A stretch of 63,788 bases of DNA, filler included, from Lenisia limosa (Eukaryota; Protista; Breviatea), in assembly GCA_001655205.1 (NCBI GenBank). It is 13 parts of 13 records of this genome, joined end to end, with 100 filler letters (N's around TTAATTAATTAA, not from the genome) between each part and the next. Parts side by side here need not be neighbours in the genome. Positions count along the whole stretch, not along the records: positions 29,140 to 36,407 come from LPNZ01007244.1; positions 36,508 to 38,085 come from LPNZ01011363.1; positions 38,186 to 44,133 come from LPNZ01004381.1; positions 44,234 to 46,200 come from LPNZ01002259.1; positions 46,301 to 48,839 come from LPNZ01001977.1; positions 48,940 to 50,811 come from LPNZ01007747.1; 7 more parts are not named here. One strand, given 5' to 3'. The notes beneath the pieces are model-generated. The model had not been told where the DNA came from, searched no databases, and was given only the letters and a program-made list of their open reading frames with translations. Below are positions 36,274 to 49,719 of this stretch, one piece after another; the stretch's first letter is position 1, and each line of letters starts with the position of its first letter. A program made the translations under genes and the position numbers.

Positions 36274-37446
36274 TGAGAGGGAGTAATATGGGTCTTTTTT
36301 GGGGGGGTTTTGGGGTAAGAAAGTGGAAAAATTATACAACAATAATCACAATTGTTTCATAAATTTCGTATTCCAATTTCACCCCCCTCTGAGAGTTTTT
36401 TTTTTTTNNNNNNNNNNNNNNNNNNNNNNNNNNNNNNNNNNNNNNNNNNNNTTAATTAATTAANNNNNNNNNNNNNNNNNNNNNNNNNNNNNNNNNNNNN
36501 NNNNNNNTAGTATCTAGCCGAAGCCGTCCACACCATCATAATTATAAGAGATGTTGGGTTATAGTAATCTATTCCTATTATTATCATTGGTCTGCATACC
36601 CGTTATTCTAGTCTCAAATGTGCCGGCCTCCCAGTTGTCTGAAGAATGGTCAAGAAAAGATAAAAATAAAAATATCCTTGCTCGCAAGAAAGTTCAAAAG
36701 CTCCGTCCCAATGGGTCCCCCCCCCCCCCNNNNNNNNNNNNNNNNNNNNNNNNNNNNNNNNNNNNNNNNNNNNNNNNNNNNNNNNNNNNNNNNNNNNNNN
36801 NNNNNNNNNNNNNNNNNNNNNNNNNNNNNNNNNGCATCCCTTTAGCTTCCCTACGTTCCGAAAAAGACCAGTTAGACATCGATATTTATGGAGAACGTAT
36901 CGAGAAATTTGGTCTTTTTTGGGGAACGTATGGAAGCCCCACACCACTTACAGATACAAGTCACCATGCTGTTCGTCTGGAGCGAGGTAGAGAAGATGAC
37001 AAAGGTACTGTTTCGCGGTTCTTCGTTAACGGGAAGTGACACCCCAAATGTATCGGGTGCGCCAGAGCCGTACCTACGAAGTGTGAAGGGGGGCAAAATG
37101 CCTTGACAATTCATCTTAACTCTTCAGTAATACTGGCGTAAGAACGTTAAAACAATTAACAATGTATGATATCATAGCTTGATAATAGCTAGTTAGCCTC
37201 CATTATTTATGATAAACTACTCCAATAGTATTGCTATATAACAATTTGCACTTCAACCTCCATCTAATTGGACATTTTCAACGTTCTTTAAATCATTTTA
37301 AAAAAATGATCAGGTCATTTTGACTCAGGTCAACTTATTTGAAGAAACTACCGATGCGTCTGATGATTTCACCATTTTACATTCATATTCACTTTTGGGT
37401 CATTTTCACACATATGAACTGGCATTGTCCACGCAGTGATGATACC

Positions 37447-37890
37447 TCATATCCACTCGTATGATATTCGACTGGCAAGTCTCAATGATACTCTGATACA
37501 CTCGGGATGAACCCTCGTGTTATCTTCGTTTTTCATTTCGACTTGAAAGTCGATCATATCACTTCTTACCCACTTGTCATTAATGTTGGCGATAGAAATG
37601 GCATCCTCGTAATTGGGAATTTGCCAAAGAGACACGGAAAAGTCCTCATCTAGAGAATAATTACAGTAACCCAAGAATTGGTTAAAAATTGAAATTAAAC
37701 AGTACACCGTATAGAATCCTGGCAAATCCCTCGTACGCAAAACACTAACGTAATCATCAGTCGAGTCAAAAAGGCGTGACGATGGTGGTATGAAGCCCAA
37801 AGACTGAAGTGAAACAGCAGACGAAGTTGAATAGTGGTTCTTGATCTGCTCTTGTCAGACCAGTTGCTAAAAGAAGTGCTACTCGCCATC
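37447..37890 (-). CDS. Unknown protein fragment
   Basis: Exon-like blocks SLGFIPPSSRLFDSTDDYVSVLRTRDLPGFYT and DEDFSVSLWQIPNYEDAISIANINDK, separated by a GT-AG interval. Confidence 0.35.
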
Positions 37891-38185
37891 CATACCCCCC
37901 ACCCACAGACACATAATATTACTGTACATGGAGGAGTATTCATGCTATGATCTGCCTATACCATAGTTTACTTGATGACATGTATCATAATATGTATATA
38001 TAGAAATGATAATTAAAAAAAAAGTATATGGACGGAGCCGACCCCACTTGAAAAAATAGTACCACATGATTATCAAACATTTGCCNNNNNNNNNNNNNNN
38101 NNNNNNNNNNNNNNNNNNNNNNNNNNNNNTTAATTAATTAANNNNNNNNNNNNNNNNNNNNNNNNNNNNNNNNNNNNNNNNNNNN

Positions 38186-41100
38186 ACGATTAACATGGGT
38201 GGGATGGGGGCGGATTGCTTCTGACGTATATTAGGTCGATGTGTACAAACCTGCTACCAGCAAACAAGGCAACTCAGAGGTAATTGCAAGGCACATAAGA
38301 GATCTCCTGCTCAAATAGTATTCAGAATGATCTCAAAAAAATCAGTAATAGTTCAGTTCATTCTTTTAGACCTACCTTGTGTGTAAAATGTTCCTTGGGC
38401 TTTCCGTCGAATTCCTTGAAGCACTTTATGATGGTGGGCTTGATTATCTTCTTGATGGCGTGCTGCCTTGATTGTGACTCAACCATCATGCTCGAGCGCT
38501 CTTCATGCTCGCGGAACTTGAAAGATTTTGCATCATAAGTTGCTTGTTTTATAATTTTATATTCCCTTAATACCCCCCCCCCNNNNNNNNNNNNNNNNNN
38601 NNNNNNNNNNNNNNNNNNNNNNNNNNNNNNNNNNNNNNNNNNNNNNNNNNNNNNNNNNNNNNNNNNNNNNNNNNNNNNNNNNNNNNNNNNNNNNNCCAGA
38701 GTGTATCCCGTCAGAGTTCAGCGACCTAGTTACAGCCATTGCAAGCCAGTTCTCGTGGGTGGTGATGGTGCCTTCCTTGGGTGATAGCGGCCTTCCTTGC
38801 CCACAACGCTATAATGAAATCTATCTGTCCATTTGTTTGGCTAGTTCGTTTGAGTATTGTTCGAAGCTTTACCACTCAGCGTGTGGCAGTCCAACATCAT
38901 AGAGCGCAATCTTCGATTTGAAAAGGGCATGACGAGTTTGGAAGTCCGAGTTCAGGCCAGTGAGAAGAAGAAGGTCGCTGAACATGTGGGGAGGGCGTCA
39001 CACACAGAACATTCTTTTGGTATCTAAAGCGTAATTGATATTTACTTTTCGCTTGGCATTTTGTGTAAGGGATTGAAGTTCTCATTGTCCAGTTTATTGA
39101 GCTCTACGGCCTGAAGTCGATTGAGAAGAACCAGCGGATTGTACCATGGACCGAGCTTGGCGGATCAAAGAGAGGTTCGGCTTGGGCAGAAACCCTCCCA
39201 AATTTCTGTCAATCATATCAAGCGTGATGGTTGTGACAGCGCAGGTCGATCTGTTGCTACCTTGGTTGCTGAGTCGTCAAGGAAGGGCGGAACCCTCAAG
39301 GACAGACAAGACCTGAAGGTTTGTGAGGGTGTTCTTCAGCTAGAATGTCATATTTCTCATTGCTACACATTATGACCGCGTTGCTGAAGCGACCGGCCTG
39401 GGCTTTTTTTTTTATTTTTTATTTTTTTTTTCAACTCGTATGTCTCTAGCCAATGGAGTTGATTTTGGGCTTGTTGTTTCCAATTTACTTCTAATTTTAC
39501 CCCTCCACAGCGTAGACACAATGATTTTGTTGAAGGAAGCAACAAACGACAAAAGAAAGAAGTCGAGGAGGAAACCTACGATTACAAAGTTGGCCCTGAC
39601 CCACATATGATCGGCTTCTTTTTCATTTCACATTCATTTGAGATATATGTATATAGTACATATAAATATATAGTCAAAGCTCCGGACAACATTCAAAATT
39701 CCCGGACAGCTTGAGTTTTTTTTTGACCTTGTTAATTTTCAAATTTCCTATTTCATTTCGTCACATTCATTTGAGATATCATTCTATTTCATTTCGTCAC
39801 ATTCATTTGAGATATCATTCTATTTCATTTCGTCACATTCATTTGAGATATAGTATATGATCCTATTTAATTTCGTCACATTTATTTGAGATATAATCCA
39901 ATGTGTTTCTTTGTGTCTTATCGCACTTCTTACGCCGACAGTCATCGGGGGCAATGGGACTAGCCAAGCGCCTCATGATGCAAATGGGATGGAACGAAGG
40001 AGTCGTGGGCCTGGGTTTTTGTTTGATTGTGTAATCAGAAGTTATAAGTGACAACAAGGTTTAATGTTGAAGGAGGGTACTAAAATTAATATTCTATCAA
40101 TAATTGGCATGACTATATATCTTTAGCAATGCGCGATGGTGATGACTGCTTAGCTAGATATAAACTTTTATAATATCGGTCTAGTACTTACCGTATAGGG
40201 ACTTGGTGTTGACGGGTCCGGTATCACTGCGCCAATTCCCGAACAAACAGAACATACCAAAATGATTGGTTGGTTGGGTATGATGTGTTAACACAGTGAA
40301 ATGAGGAGACCTTTTTGGTTGAGCATGCTGTGTTAACACAGTGAAATGAGACCTTTTTTATTATTTTGCTAGAGAGATATCTTTTGTTTGTATTTCAGTG
40401 TCATCTTCCTAGGAGGCGCCGATGTGAAGAAAGTCCAAGCCACCGCTCATAATGTGACCAAGGTCATCGAGGCCGCTCTCTCCTTCCAAGATAAACAGCA
40501 GGAATCCCAAGAGCCTCAGGATTCTCTCGGCGATATGATGAGGGGAGGAGGCCTAGGACTTGGCAAGATCAGACCAGGTTCAATTGGCCTAGGCAAGATG
40601 CAGGGAAGAAAGGAAGAAAAAAAAGAGGGAGAATGGAAAGAAGAGGGTATGGTTTTTGGAGAGGAAGATTTTGATTCTTTTAAGGAAGAAGTCAGGGAAG
40701 AAGATGTAATAAAGGAAGAGGAAGCTTTAGAGAAAGACGGAGATATTGAAATAGAAGAGAAGAAGGAATCAATCAAAGAGGAAGGTGAGATAAAGGAGGA
40801 AGAAGAAGGGGAGATAAAGGAGGAAGAAGAAGGGGAGATAAAGGAAGAAGAGAAGGAAGAAATGGAGCAAGATATAACCAAGGAAATGTCAAATCTGACA
40901 AATGATCCGAACATTTACGCCCTGACAACACCACGTTGCAGCAGTCCCTCAAACGAGGAGGTTGTGCGTCAGTCTAGTCCTGCAAGCCGTCGGTCTAGTC
41001 CAAACGAGTTTGTGTTCTCATCGTCTCGACCCGTGCCATCCTCCACGTGTCCCGACCCAAAAAGGCAGTTCATGGCCATCCCGTCAAAGGCTCCCAAGGA

Positions 41101-44100
41101 AGTTTTCAAGCAGGATGAAGATGCTCCCCTCCAGGTTGGAAGGATAACAACTAATCACAGTTCGTGATGAAGATTTACATACATGCCATGAACAATACTC
41201 CTAGCTTTTTTTTTCTGCTTATTCATCGCCATATTTCAAGAGGAAGAGATCACTAATACAGATAAACACGATTGTTTTATCACCTTGCTTTAGATTGATG
41301 GGATCGACTTTTCAACTCTCCCCTTTGTTACTGACCCGGCCTTTACCGCATACCGCGATGGTAACGGGGGTCTTCCTTTCCTTTCCTTTCCTTTCCTTTC
41401 CTTTCCTTTTCTTTTTTTCTGAGAGTTTTTTTTTTTGTTGTTTGTTTTAATTGTTGGTTGTTGATGCTTTAGATTTCAAGATTCTGCCCTCCGACAAAGA
41501 TCCTATTGAGGACTTTGATAACGCTGCTGTCATGGTTTGCCTTCTAATTTAAGGGCAAATGCCATCAACGTTACATTATATCTATTTTCTAAACAATCTA
41601 TGCATAAACATCTTTTACATTGAAAAGGCTCACGTATTCTTTTCAAAAAGAAAATGAATGGATGAAAAAGATTACTAAGTATACTANNNNNNNNNNNNNN
41701 NNNNNNNNNNNNNNNNNNNNNNNNNNNNNNNNNNNNNNNNNNNNNNNNNNNNNNNNNNNNNNNNNNNNNNNNNNNNNNNNNNNNNNNNNNNNNNNNNNNN
41801 NNNNNNNNNNNNNNNNNNNNNNNNNNNNNNNNNNNNNNNNNNNNNNNNNNNNNNNNNNNNNNNNNNNNNNNNNNNNNNNNNNNNNNNNNNNNNNNNNNNN
41901 NNNNNNNNNNNACCTCTGCGGCCGCGTATTTCCAGCTGCTCTCGCCCTGGTCAGTGCCACTACTGAGCGGCCGGAGTGGTGCTGCTTTACTGCAAAGTGG
42001 GAAGGGGGCCATTTTTAAAAAATCTAAAAACTGTTTTTGTCTTTTGTCGGTATTGACATTTAAGGGATTCGCCAGACCTGTTCTCCTGCTATCCCCGGGC
42101 CAGCCTCATTCTGGGTGCTGCGTTGGACGCTGAGTTCACCATTTGCAACAACGTGGGGAACACCCCATTCATAATTTCTTAACCCTCACTCCCCAGGCAC
42201 AGAGCATGCAGACCTCCGTAGCACGCGGCCAGACCGGGAAGATTACCGTCCTGGAGCTCGGCACGCGAGGCTGTGTGGCCGGCGCCATCGGAAGACTCGT
42301 CGGAAGCGAAATTGACATCATGTCGTTCTTGAGAGGCCCCAAGCCTGCCAACCCGCCCTGCGACCCTGAGGGCAACATCCGGGTCCGGTTAATGGACTGT
42401 GGCTCGGATGGACTGGAGCCTGGCGATGAAGAGGCTTGGAGTCGTGCCGCGGCCGTAGCGGTCAAAGAAAACCCCATCCCCCCGCTTGTTGTTATTGCTG
42501 ACGGTGTGGCCGGGCCAGACACATGGCTCGAGAATGAGGAGGTTCTAAACTCACAGTGGGGGGGTATAACTTGGCCTTGTCTCTCAGTCCGGTAATTCGA
42601 TCTCTTTTTGGTTGAAGTGAATTCCTTTTGTGTTACACAGAAAGCTTTTATTCATTTCCTTACCCCCCCAGGACGGGTAGCGACATTCAAGGCCTTGTGG
42701 TGTCCGAACATACGGGGTATGGCGTGGGCCCCTTGTTAGCGGCCCGGGCGGCTCTACTGGTAATGGGGGTGATATCCCTTTATCGTTAATCATCGTCGAT
42801 CTTATTCTCACACCCCTCAGACTGTTGCCGACAGCGGCGACATTGTGTTAGTTGTCGGAGACCTGCTGACTCGCTTCACGGTGTCTTTGATATACACGTT
42901 GTTCCGAAGCTTCAAATCCGTGGGCTGCCTCCTGTCTTTTGGCGAAGAACATTGGGATATTGTGATATTGTAATATATGATAATATTCCTCGTCTCTCTG
43001 GTTACGATGGCACCTTTCCATGTTTAAGATGAACCTGGGGCTGTATGGAGACATTTTGGGTGATTAGATCTGCTTACTGACCCCCTCAGACCGAAGTCGG
43101 CCTCCCTTGGCCGTCACCCACAACATCCCCACGGAAATACATCATGTTCCGCGGCCTGCACTCCACAATGCGCACGCGCGCAATCGGCAAACTGGACGAG
43201 GCGCTCGCGACCTTCAAGATGTGCCCGTAGGGGGTGCGGGATACATGTACTGTACGAATACTGGAGAGTTTTTCCTCATACATGTCTTGTGCGAATGTTC
43301 CAATGGATGTTCTCTTTCAACATATATGCGGATTTTGCAAACGATTTTTTAATATTATGGCCTTTATTGTCAATAGTCATATGATATGGACGGCTTCGGA
43401 TACCCCNNNNNNNNNNNNNNNNNNNNNNNNNNNNNNNNNNNNNNNNNNNNNNNNNNNNNNNNNNNNNNNNNNNNNNNNNNNNNNNNNNNNNNNNNNNNNN
43501 NNNNNNNNNNNNNNNNNNNNNNNNNNNNNNNNNACGGCTTGTTTGCCTTCAACAACGCGGCGCTCACACGCGAAGCCACTGCCATCACCGTCCTGGCTGC
43601 GGCCGCCTGTGCCGGCCCGGCCTTGCCGAACGAGGCTGTTGCCGCCGCCTCCAGTGTCATGACACGCCGCATCCGAGCCCGGGTTACTGAACCGGTCTCC
43701 TGCCGACGGCTGGAGGGGCAGGATCAGGAGGCGCGCGAAGAGGCGCTGAGTAGCGACGGCGTGGCGTGGTATAAGAAGGCACGTGCAGGGCCCAAGGCCA
43801 AACTGCCCTCAGCCAAGCTCCCTTCGGCCGCCATGCCGCCGTCCACTGTCGTGTTTGCCCCCAAAACGGCTGACTTCCCCCCATCATCCGTCGTGTTCGA
43901 GGCTAAAGATGCAAAAGATACGAAAGATGATTCGGAGCCCTACAACTCGGCTGATGTATACATCCCACCTCCATCCGTGCCACATCCTTATCTCAGTAAA
44001 CCGAAACCCCCTCCCAAGTCTGAGAGGCCTGACAAACCCGAGAAACCTGAAGTGGTGCAACAGCAGCCCCCCAGGTTGGCTTTTTTTAGACTGTCTGCTA

Positions 44101-44133
44101 CCCCCCCTTCTCTTGGGATTTTTTTTTTTTTTT
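38186..44133 (+). CDS. Large G-patch domain protein with a Glu-rich tract and a possible degenerate 2OG-oxygenase-like region (may be more than one gene)
   Basis: G-patch split by an intron: MGLAKRLMMQMGWNEG (~39950) | GLGVDGSGITAPI (~40200). The 40388-41167 ORF is Glu-rich. Later exons carry DIQGLVV and IVLVVGDLLTRF, followed by a Pro/Lys-rich tail. Confidence 0.6.
39385..39510 (+). repeat. Family F, longest ungapped copy, ending at an acceptor
   Basis: GCTGAAGCGACCGGCCTGGGCTTTTT...GCCAATGGAGTTGATTTTGGGC...CTAATTTTACCCCTCCACAG|CGTAGAC. Full or partial copies also at 5703-5778(-), 5879-5949, 19495-19559(-), 22910-23053, 23590-23701, 27012-27141, 27955-28047, 31200-31240(-), 33900-33950, 35198-35270, 35830-35910, 45789-45858(-), 47718-47780 (inverted), 47933-47972, 58073-58135(-) and 59953-60012(-). 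Confidence 0.85.
39740..39890 (+). repeat. ~36-bp tandem repeat x4 (TATTTCATTTCGTCACATTCATTTGAGATATCATTC) in an intron
   Basis: Directly visible. Confidence 0.88.
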
Positions 44134-44233
44134 NNNNNNNNNNNNNNNNNNNNNNNNNNNNNNNNNNNNNNNNNNNNTTAATTAATTAANNNNNNNNNNN
44201 NNNNNNNNNNNNNNNNNNNNNNNNNNNNNNNNN

Positions 44234-44845
44234 CTTGTTTTGGAGCGTATTGTCCGTGGGGAGAACCCAAACACCACGGAGTTGAGAGAGATGTTAGGTG
44301 GGTGGTCAGAATATCGTATCCATTTTGTTTGCCTCTTTTTTTTGCGGATACTATTCTCTATCAGGCCTTCACTACTGCCAAGGAATTCAGGACTACTACC
44401 CCTGAGAACCCTCCAAGCAAAAACTGGGCCAAGTATTGGCTCAAGAATTATGCTGATATCGTGAAACTTTGGTTAGTTGGTGATGATCTGATCAAAAATA
44501 AATAACATTCCATTATTTTCATATATTTTTTGCATTATCGTGTACAACTTAAGATGGTTATAACCTCTTAGTTCTTGTTTCTCCATATTACTCCCATGGT
44601 TATTGATGTTCATTGACAGTAAACTGAGTAGCATACTACCACTACTATCAATCATACACACTCAATTATTGCATCCCTAATGCTTATCGTCACTTGCTCT
44701 TACTCTCACAGACACCCAATGTGTTGGACTCTGCCAAGGGAGAAAGCATTGACTGAAGGACGTCTGATGCAACATGCAGCTTCCTTTGCCTCTGTTATTG
44801 ACGACAAGTCTTTTCATTCTGGTCTGGAACATGGAGTCCGAGGTA
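44234..44845 (+). CDS. Unknown protein fragment
   Basis: Exon-like blocks ERIVRGENPNTTELREML, AFTTAKEFRTTTPENPPSKNWAKYWLKNYADIVKL and PMCWTLPREKALTEGRLMQHAASF. Confidence 0.4.
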
Positions 44846-45672
44846 TGTTGGCATTATATTCTTGTTGAGATTCAACCTTTTACTTTTCCGTATCATATGT
44901 TAATTAATAGCACAATTTTCCTGTCATATTCCGTGTTTTTCTTTGAAAATCTTCACTTCTTTAGGAAAAAAGAAGTCTCGTTAGTATGGTTAACTATTTG
45001 TCTTTTTTTGTTGTTGTATTTGTTATTTAGTCATGTTTATCTGAACATGTATATTTTGAAAAGAGTTTTGATTTACGGCCTGGAAGTTTTGTTTATGCCT
45101 ATTGATGACAATCTAAATTAGCAATTACCCCCACTCTTTTTTTCATTTTCCCAAAAAAAAAAATTNNNNNNNNNNNNNNNNNNNNNNNNNNNNNNNNNNN
45201 NNNNNNNNNNNNNNNNNNNNNNNNNNNNNNNNNNNNGACCAATGACAAGGCTCAATGTCAGTGTATAAAGCTCAATATCCGTGTCAGGACTTATCCCTTG
45301 GTTATACACAATGACCGCGATAAGTCCTGATACGAGTCATCAAATATATTTCTTAATATCCGTGATAGTCGTGATCTCTCTTTAAGAACGAGAGCTGGTG
45401 AAACTAAAGATGAAGGAAATGTGAAGTGTGCATACAGTGACCGGGATAAGTCTTGACGGATTTGCAATCTGATTTCCCAAGAAATATCGGTCAACCAATG
45501 TCAGTGAATATTTTATGTAGAAATAGGAAATAAAACGTTACACAAGCAAACCTCAATCGGGCGCTTTCCGAGTATACCAGACGCCGCACACTGCGCATCA
45601 CTTCAAACTCCAGCATCTAGGGGGACGGTAAAGAAGGAAAACGTCGCATCTTGGGGGACAGTAAAGAGGGAA

Positions 45673-45742
45673 CTAGGGCTTCACTTCGTTTCGAAAAATG
45701 ACGGAATAAATATTAGTCTTTTTTGAACAGAAATGAAGCCGT
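45673..45742. mobile_element. MITE family A, internally deleted copy (~70 bp)
   Basis: CTAGGGCTTCACTTCGTTTCGAAAAA...TTTTTGAACAGAAATGAAGCCGTA. Confidence 0.75.
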
Positions 45743-46300
45743 AAATATATGGTATCTAGGTAGACAGGAAAGAGGGGAAATTAAACATCTGGGAGGGGGG
45801 GGGGATAAAAATTGGAAATTATTTGAAGCAAAGAAACTAAGAATCAACTCTGCTGTCATCCCGTTGAATTATTATTTTACTCAAGAGGTTGTCATATAAA
45901 AATAATATCAGCTATGATATACTACTAGATAATATGATTATTATATTAGTACTGTATGACATGAATATTTATGACGACCCACCTTTTAATATATGATAAT
46001 TTTATACTATGATATCGCAATGAGAACAATAAAACAAGGTTTCATCTGGCCGAAGAGATAATGGATTATAGTATCATATTATACTTTGTATCTTGTTCAA
46101 AAAAAAAACATCCTACCGGATCGCTATCCTTTGCAGCATCGATAACCAAAGGCACTACGGAGGAAATATGGTCCTTGAACTCAGTCAACGCCCATTGGCT
46201 NNNNNNNNNNNNNNNNNNNNNNNNNNNNNNNNNNNNNNNNNNNNTTAATTAATTAANNNNNNNNNNNNNNNNNNNNNNNNNNNNNNNNNNNNNNNNNNNN

Positions 46301-48839
46301 CCGCCACCCGAGCCGATAAGCGTTCCGACTGTTGTGAGTGCACCCACACCGCCGCCGAAAAAGCGCCGCCGTGCCTTGGAGGAGGAAGGTGCGTGGGGGA
46401 GGGGTACATATCCATCTGCTTTGGAGCTTGGGGGATGAAGGTGTGGGGGCTTGGGGGATGGTAAGTGCATCTGTGATATGACATAGTTCCAGCTACTATC
46501 ATTTCTAAATGTCGTCTCATTATTCTCATATTTACCGTGAACAGAAGAAGACGATTACATTTGGGAGAGTGACAGCGAGGACGGGTATCAGGAGGAGACC
46601 TTAGACCGCCAGAAGCGCTTTGATGAGGAGGTGTGGGGGAAGGGGGTATAATATTTAAGATACAATGTCTCATCCAAAAATTAGGTGTACATCCATCATA
46701 TAGTGTATACATAGTATGCATATCATATGATATACAAACATACATTCTTTGCACAACACATATCAAAGCTCCGACATCAAAACTCCCGGACAGCTTGAAG
46801 TTGACACCTTGTATAGGCCAATGTTAGTGTTTTTTTTGAAAATCTGCTTCGACAGCATAGAGAAATGGACCTCCTATGTTCCCCAACTTTTTTTTTTTCG
46901 ATTTTGAGCAAATGGCAAAAATCCGTGAATTTGGTCTCCCGGGGGTCCCCCTTTTACCCTCTTTTAGTGTTAAGAAACAAATATTTAAGCCCCTCGGAGT
47001 AATTGATTCCGGGTTCCCCTTTGCTTTGGTGATTTTTGAGGGGGAAAATACTCAAAATAGCACTGTCTACAAGGGTAAACTTTCCCGGATAGTTGCCATT
47101 TATTCCTGAATGTGGCCTTTTATTACGGTTTTGTATGTTTTTGACAGTATTTGGGCCATAACCAGAGAGCTTAGGTACTTAATTTGTTTTTGATCCAACA
47201 ATATATGAAATAGGCGCTTTATCCTTTGATTAAGATTGAAATTACTTTCGAAAACAAAAGGAAAATAGGGTTTATGCTGATTTTATATGGAAAACTCAAG
47301 CTGTCCGAGAGTTTTGATGTGCCCAGTGAATTTGAATGATATTATTTCTATCGTGTATGTGACAGTATTATATACAACTATGATATAAAACTCTTCAAAT
47401 CCATCCCTTACAATTTCAGTGCAAGCTTTCAAAAAATAACCCGAACACCATTTGGGAGTGTATGCACCCCTTCATGAAAAGCCTAGAACTTGAAGTTCTT
47501 GAACATGACCTAAATCCTGAGGTATGGTGGGGGGCGGCAATCATAATAGAACTTGTATTGAAAAGCACACAGACTTTAACTATAATAAAATCTTTTCTTG
47601 TTTTGAAAAGCACACAGATTTTAACCATAATAAAATCTTTTTAGGTGACGTTTCCGCCCCTGCCTAACCATGCCGTGAAGCATTACTTGAATCTTGGTCT
47701 TGGGTCAAGAAGGAGAATGTGGGGGGAGGGGTAATTGGAAAATTTATGAACAAAAAGCCCAAATCAGCTCTATTGACTAGTAACACGAGGGTTGAAAACA
47801 ACAAAACAAACGGTAAAATGAGGGGAGGTTTTCTTAGTAGAGTAGGAATGTGCTTGAAATACAGTGGATCCCTTTTGTCAGAAGCATTCCAGTTCCAAAT
47901 GACATCATAAAAGTGGTGGATAAATATTTATTACGTACGCTGGAGTGCTGGCCTGGGCTTTGTTTGTTTTGTNNNNNNNNNNNNNNNNNNNNNNNNNNNN
48001 NNNNNNNNNNNNNNNNNNNNNNNNNNNNNNNNNNNNNNNNNNNNNNNNNNNNNNNNNNNNNNNNNNGGCTACGCTTACGTTTTCCCACTTTGTGCCTCGG
48101 AACTTGTTCGCTGGATAGAAATATTCCATTTGACCTTGATTTGGTCTATTTCTTATTTCAAAATACCAAAAAGCCAATGCTAACGATTAAGATCGCAAGC
48201 CATGATTGCTGACGACCCTCTAATCTTGGGTTACAAGGATGAAGAGGTATGTGGGGTGGGGTTGGTGTTTTGTTTTTACATTTTGGTTTCAAGCTATTTG
48301 CGTTTGATTTTATTAGAATAATCATAAATAGTATCTGATATGTACTATTACATGTAGTAATTGTTGTTTCTATTATGTCATGTCATATGATATACAGAGG
48401 GAAATATGCAACTTACAAGTGTATATGCCCCCGCTTCCCTCACGTATCATATTAATACAGTTGTTAGAAGCCTTTAGAGCCCTAGCATGTATTAATACAG
48501 TTGTTAGATAAACACAATAGATATTTTCTGTTCAAAGGCGGTTTCACTAAATTGTATAAATAGAGTTGATTATTGGTTTTGTTCGCAATTTTTTACCCCC
48601 CCCCCCAGGCCGCACCACTCTCGCGACGAATTATGGGCGCTACGCTGCCATTTGATGACCCTCTTTTGCTCAAGGGTAACACTGTGGGGGGTAGTGTTTT
48701 ATCACCATCCACAACGACCACGAGCAGTTTCACAATGGGTCAATATCATCCTCACAATACAGCAACGTACACCGGCCGCGAGAGCTGTCAGGAAATCTAG
48801 TGCCTTGCCCAAAACCGAAGAGGAGTATGAGGGGTGGGG
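46301..48839 (+). CDS. Unknown multi-exon protein fragment
   Basis: Exons PPPKKRRRALEEE (NLS-like), EEDDYIWESDSEDGYQEETLDRQKRFDEE, HPFMKSLELEVLEHDLNPE and LSRRIMGATLPFDDPLLLK. Confidence 0.5.
46764..46812 (+). repeat. Dispersed repeat family E (AAAGCTCCG...CATCAAAACTCCCGGACAGCTTGA)
   Basis: Copies at 39675-39720, 47290-47340 (rev) and 52829-52893. Confidence 0.75.
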
Positions 48840-48939
48840 NNNNNNNNNNNNNNNNNNNNNNNNNNNNNNNNNNNNNNNNNNNNTTAATTAATTAANNNNN
48901 NNNNNNNNNNNNNNNNNNNNNNNNNNNNNNNNNNNNNNN

Positions 48940-49719
48940 TTACAGGACAAGTCAGTACTGGCAACCTACGTCTTGTGGATCTTGCCGGATCAGAACGCGT
49001 GGGAAGGTCGGAAGCGACAGGCCAGAAGCTGGTTGAGGCTGGTGAGGGGTGGGGGTTAAGGAAATGTTATAGTATAACAAAAGGTACGGTTTTATGTTGG
49101 GCCTCCCTTCGTAGTCGACAAAGACCGACTCTATCATTGATATGCCTAGTTTCCCCCGTTAGCTGTATCATTGATATGCCTAGTTTCCCCATTAGCAGTA
49201 ACCACTCTAGCGGCCATCAATAAGTCCCTGTCCGCACTAGGGAATGTCATTGCCGGATTGCAGTCAAAGGCCTCACACGTCCCATTTAGGAACTCAAAAT
49301 TGACGTTCTTGCTTTCCGTGGGGTGTCACCATCCTCTCTCTATCATACTATATTTTTTACCTCCAGTTTAATTTTAACTTTTGTCAAAATATCAATTGAA
49401 TGGGGTCATCGTTATCCACTCCCCAAAGAATGTCGAAGCCAACTCCACCCCCTTGTCCACTCTAACACTCAGGCTTTTTTATTCTGAAATTGAAGCTTTT
49501 CGCATAACCTTCAACTCAGGCTTTCTTACTCCCAATTCCACTCCTCTGTCACCACTCAATTCAAGCTTTATCACATCCTTTAATTCAAGCTTTATCACCC
49601 CGCAATTCAAGCTTTCTCACCCCTCACTCTAGGATTCGCTTGGTGGTGACAGCAAAACCCTCATGTTCCTCAACATCAGCCCCGCAGAGGACAATACCGA
49701 AGAAACCGTCCTTTCGCTG
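48940..49719 (+). CDS. Kinesin motor domain, C-terminal half (kinesin-14-like)
   Basis: [27 protein letters not shown]|[34 protein letters not shown]|[29 protein letters not shown]. The subfamily is inferred from [10 protein letters not shown] and KTLMFxNISP. Confidence 0.93.

Noticed and set aside
10251-36407. Apparent iron/oxygen gene cluster (ferroportin, dioxygenase, Nar1, FDP)
   Set aside because: The genes lie on three different scaffolds joined by artificial spacers, so linkage across spacers is unsupported. Nar1 is also near-universal in eukaryotes.
40516-40914. Ser-rich minus-strand ORF
   Set aside because: Antisense shadow of the Glu-rich plus-strand exon.
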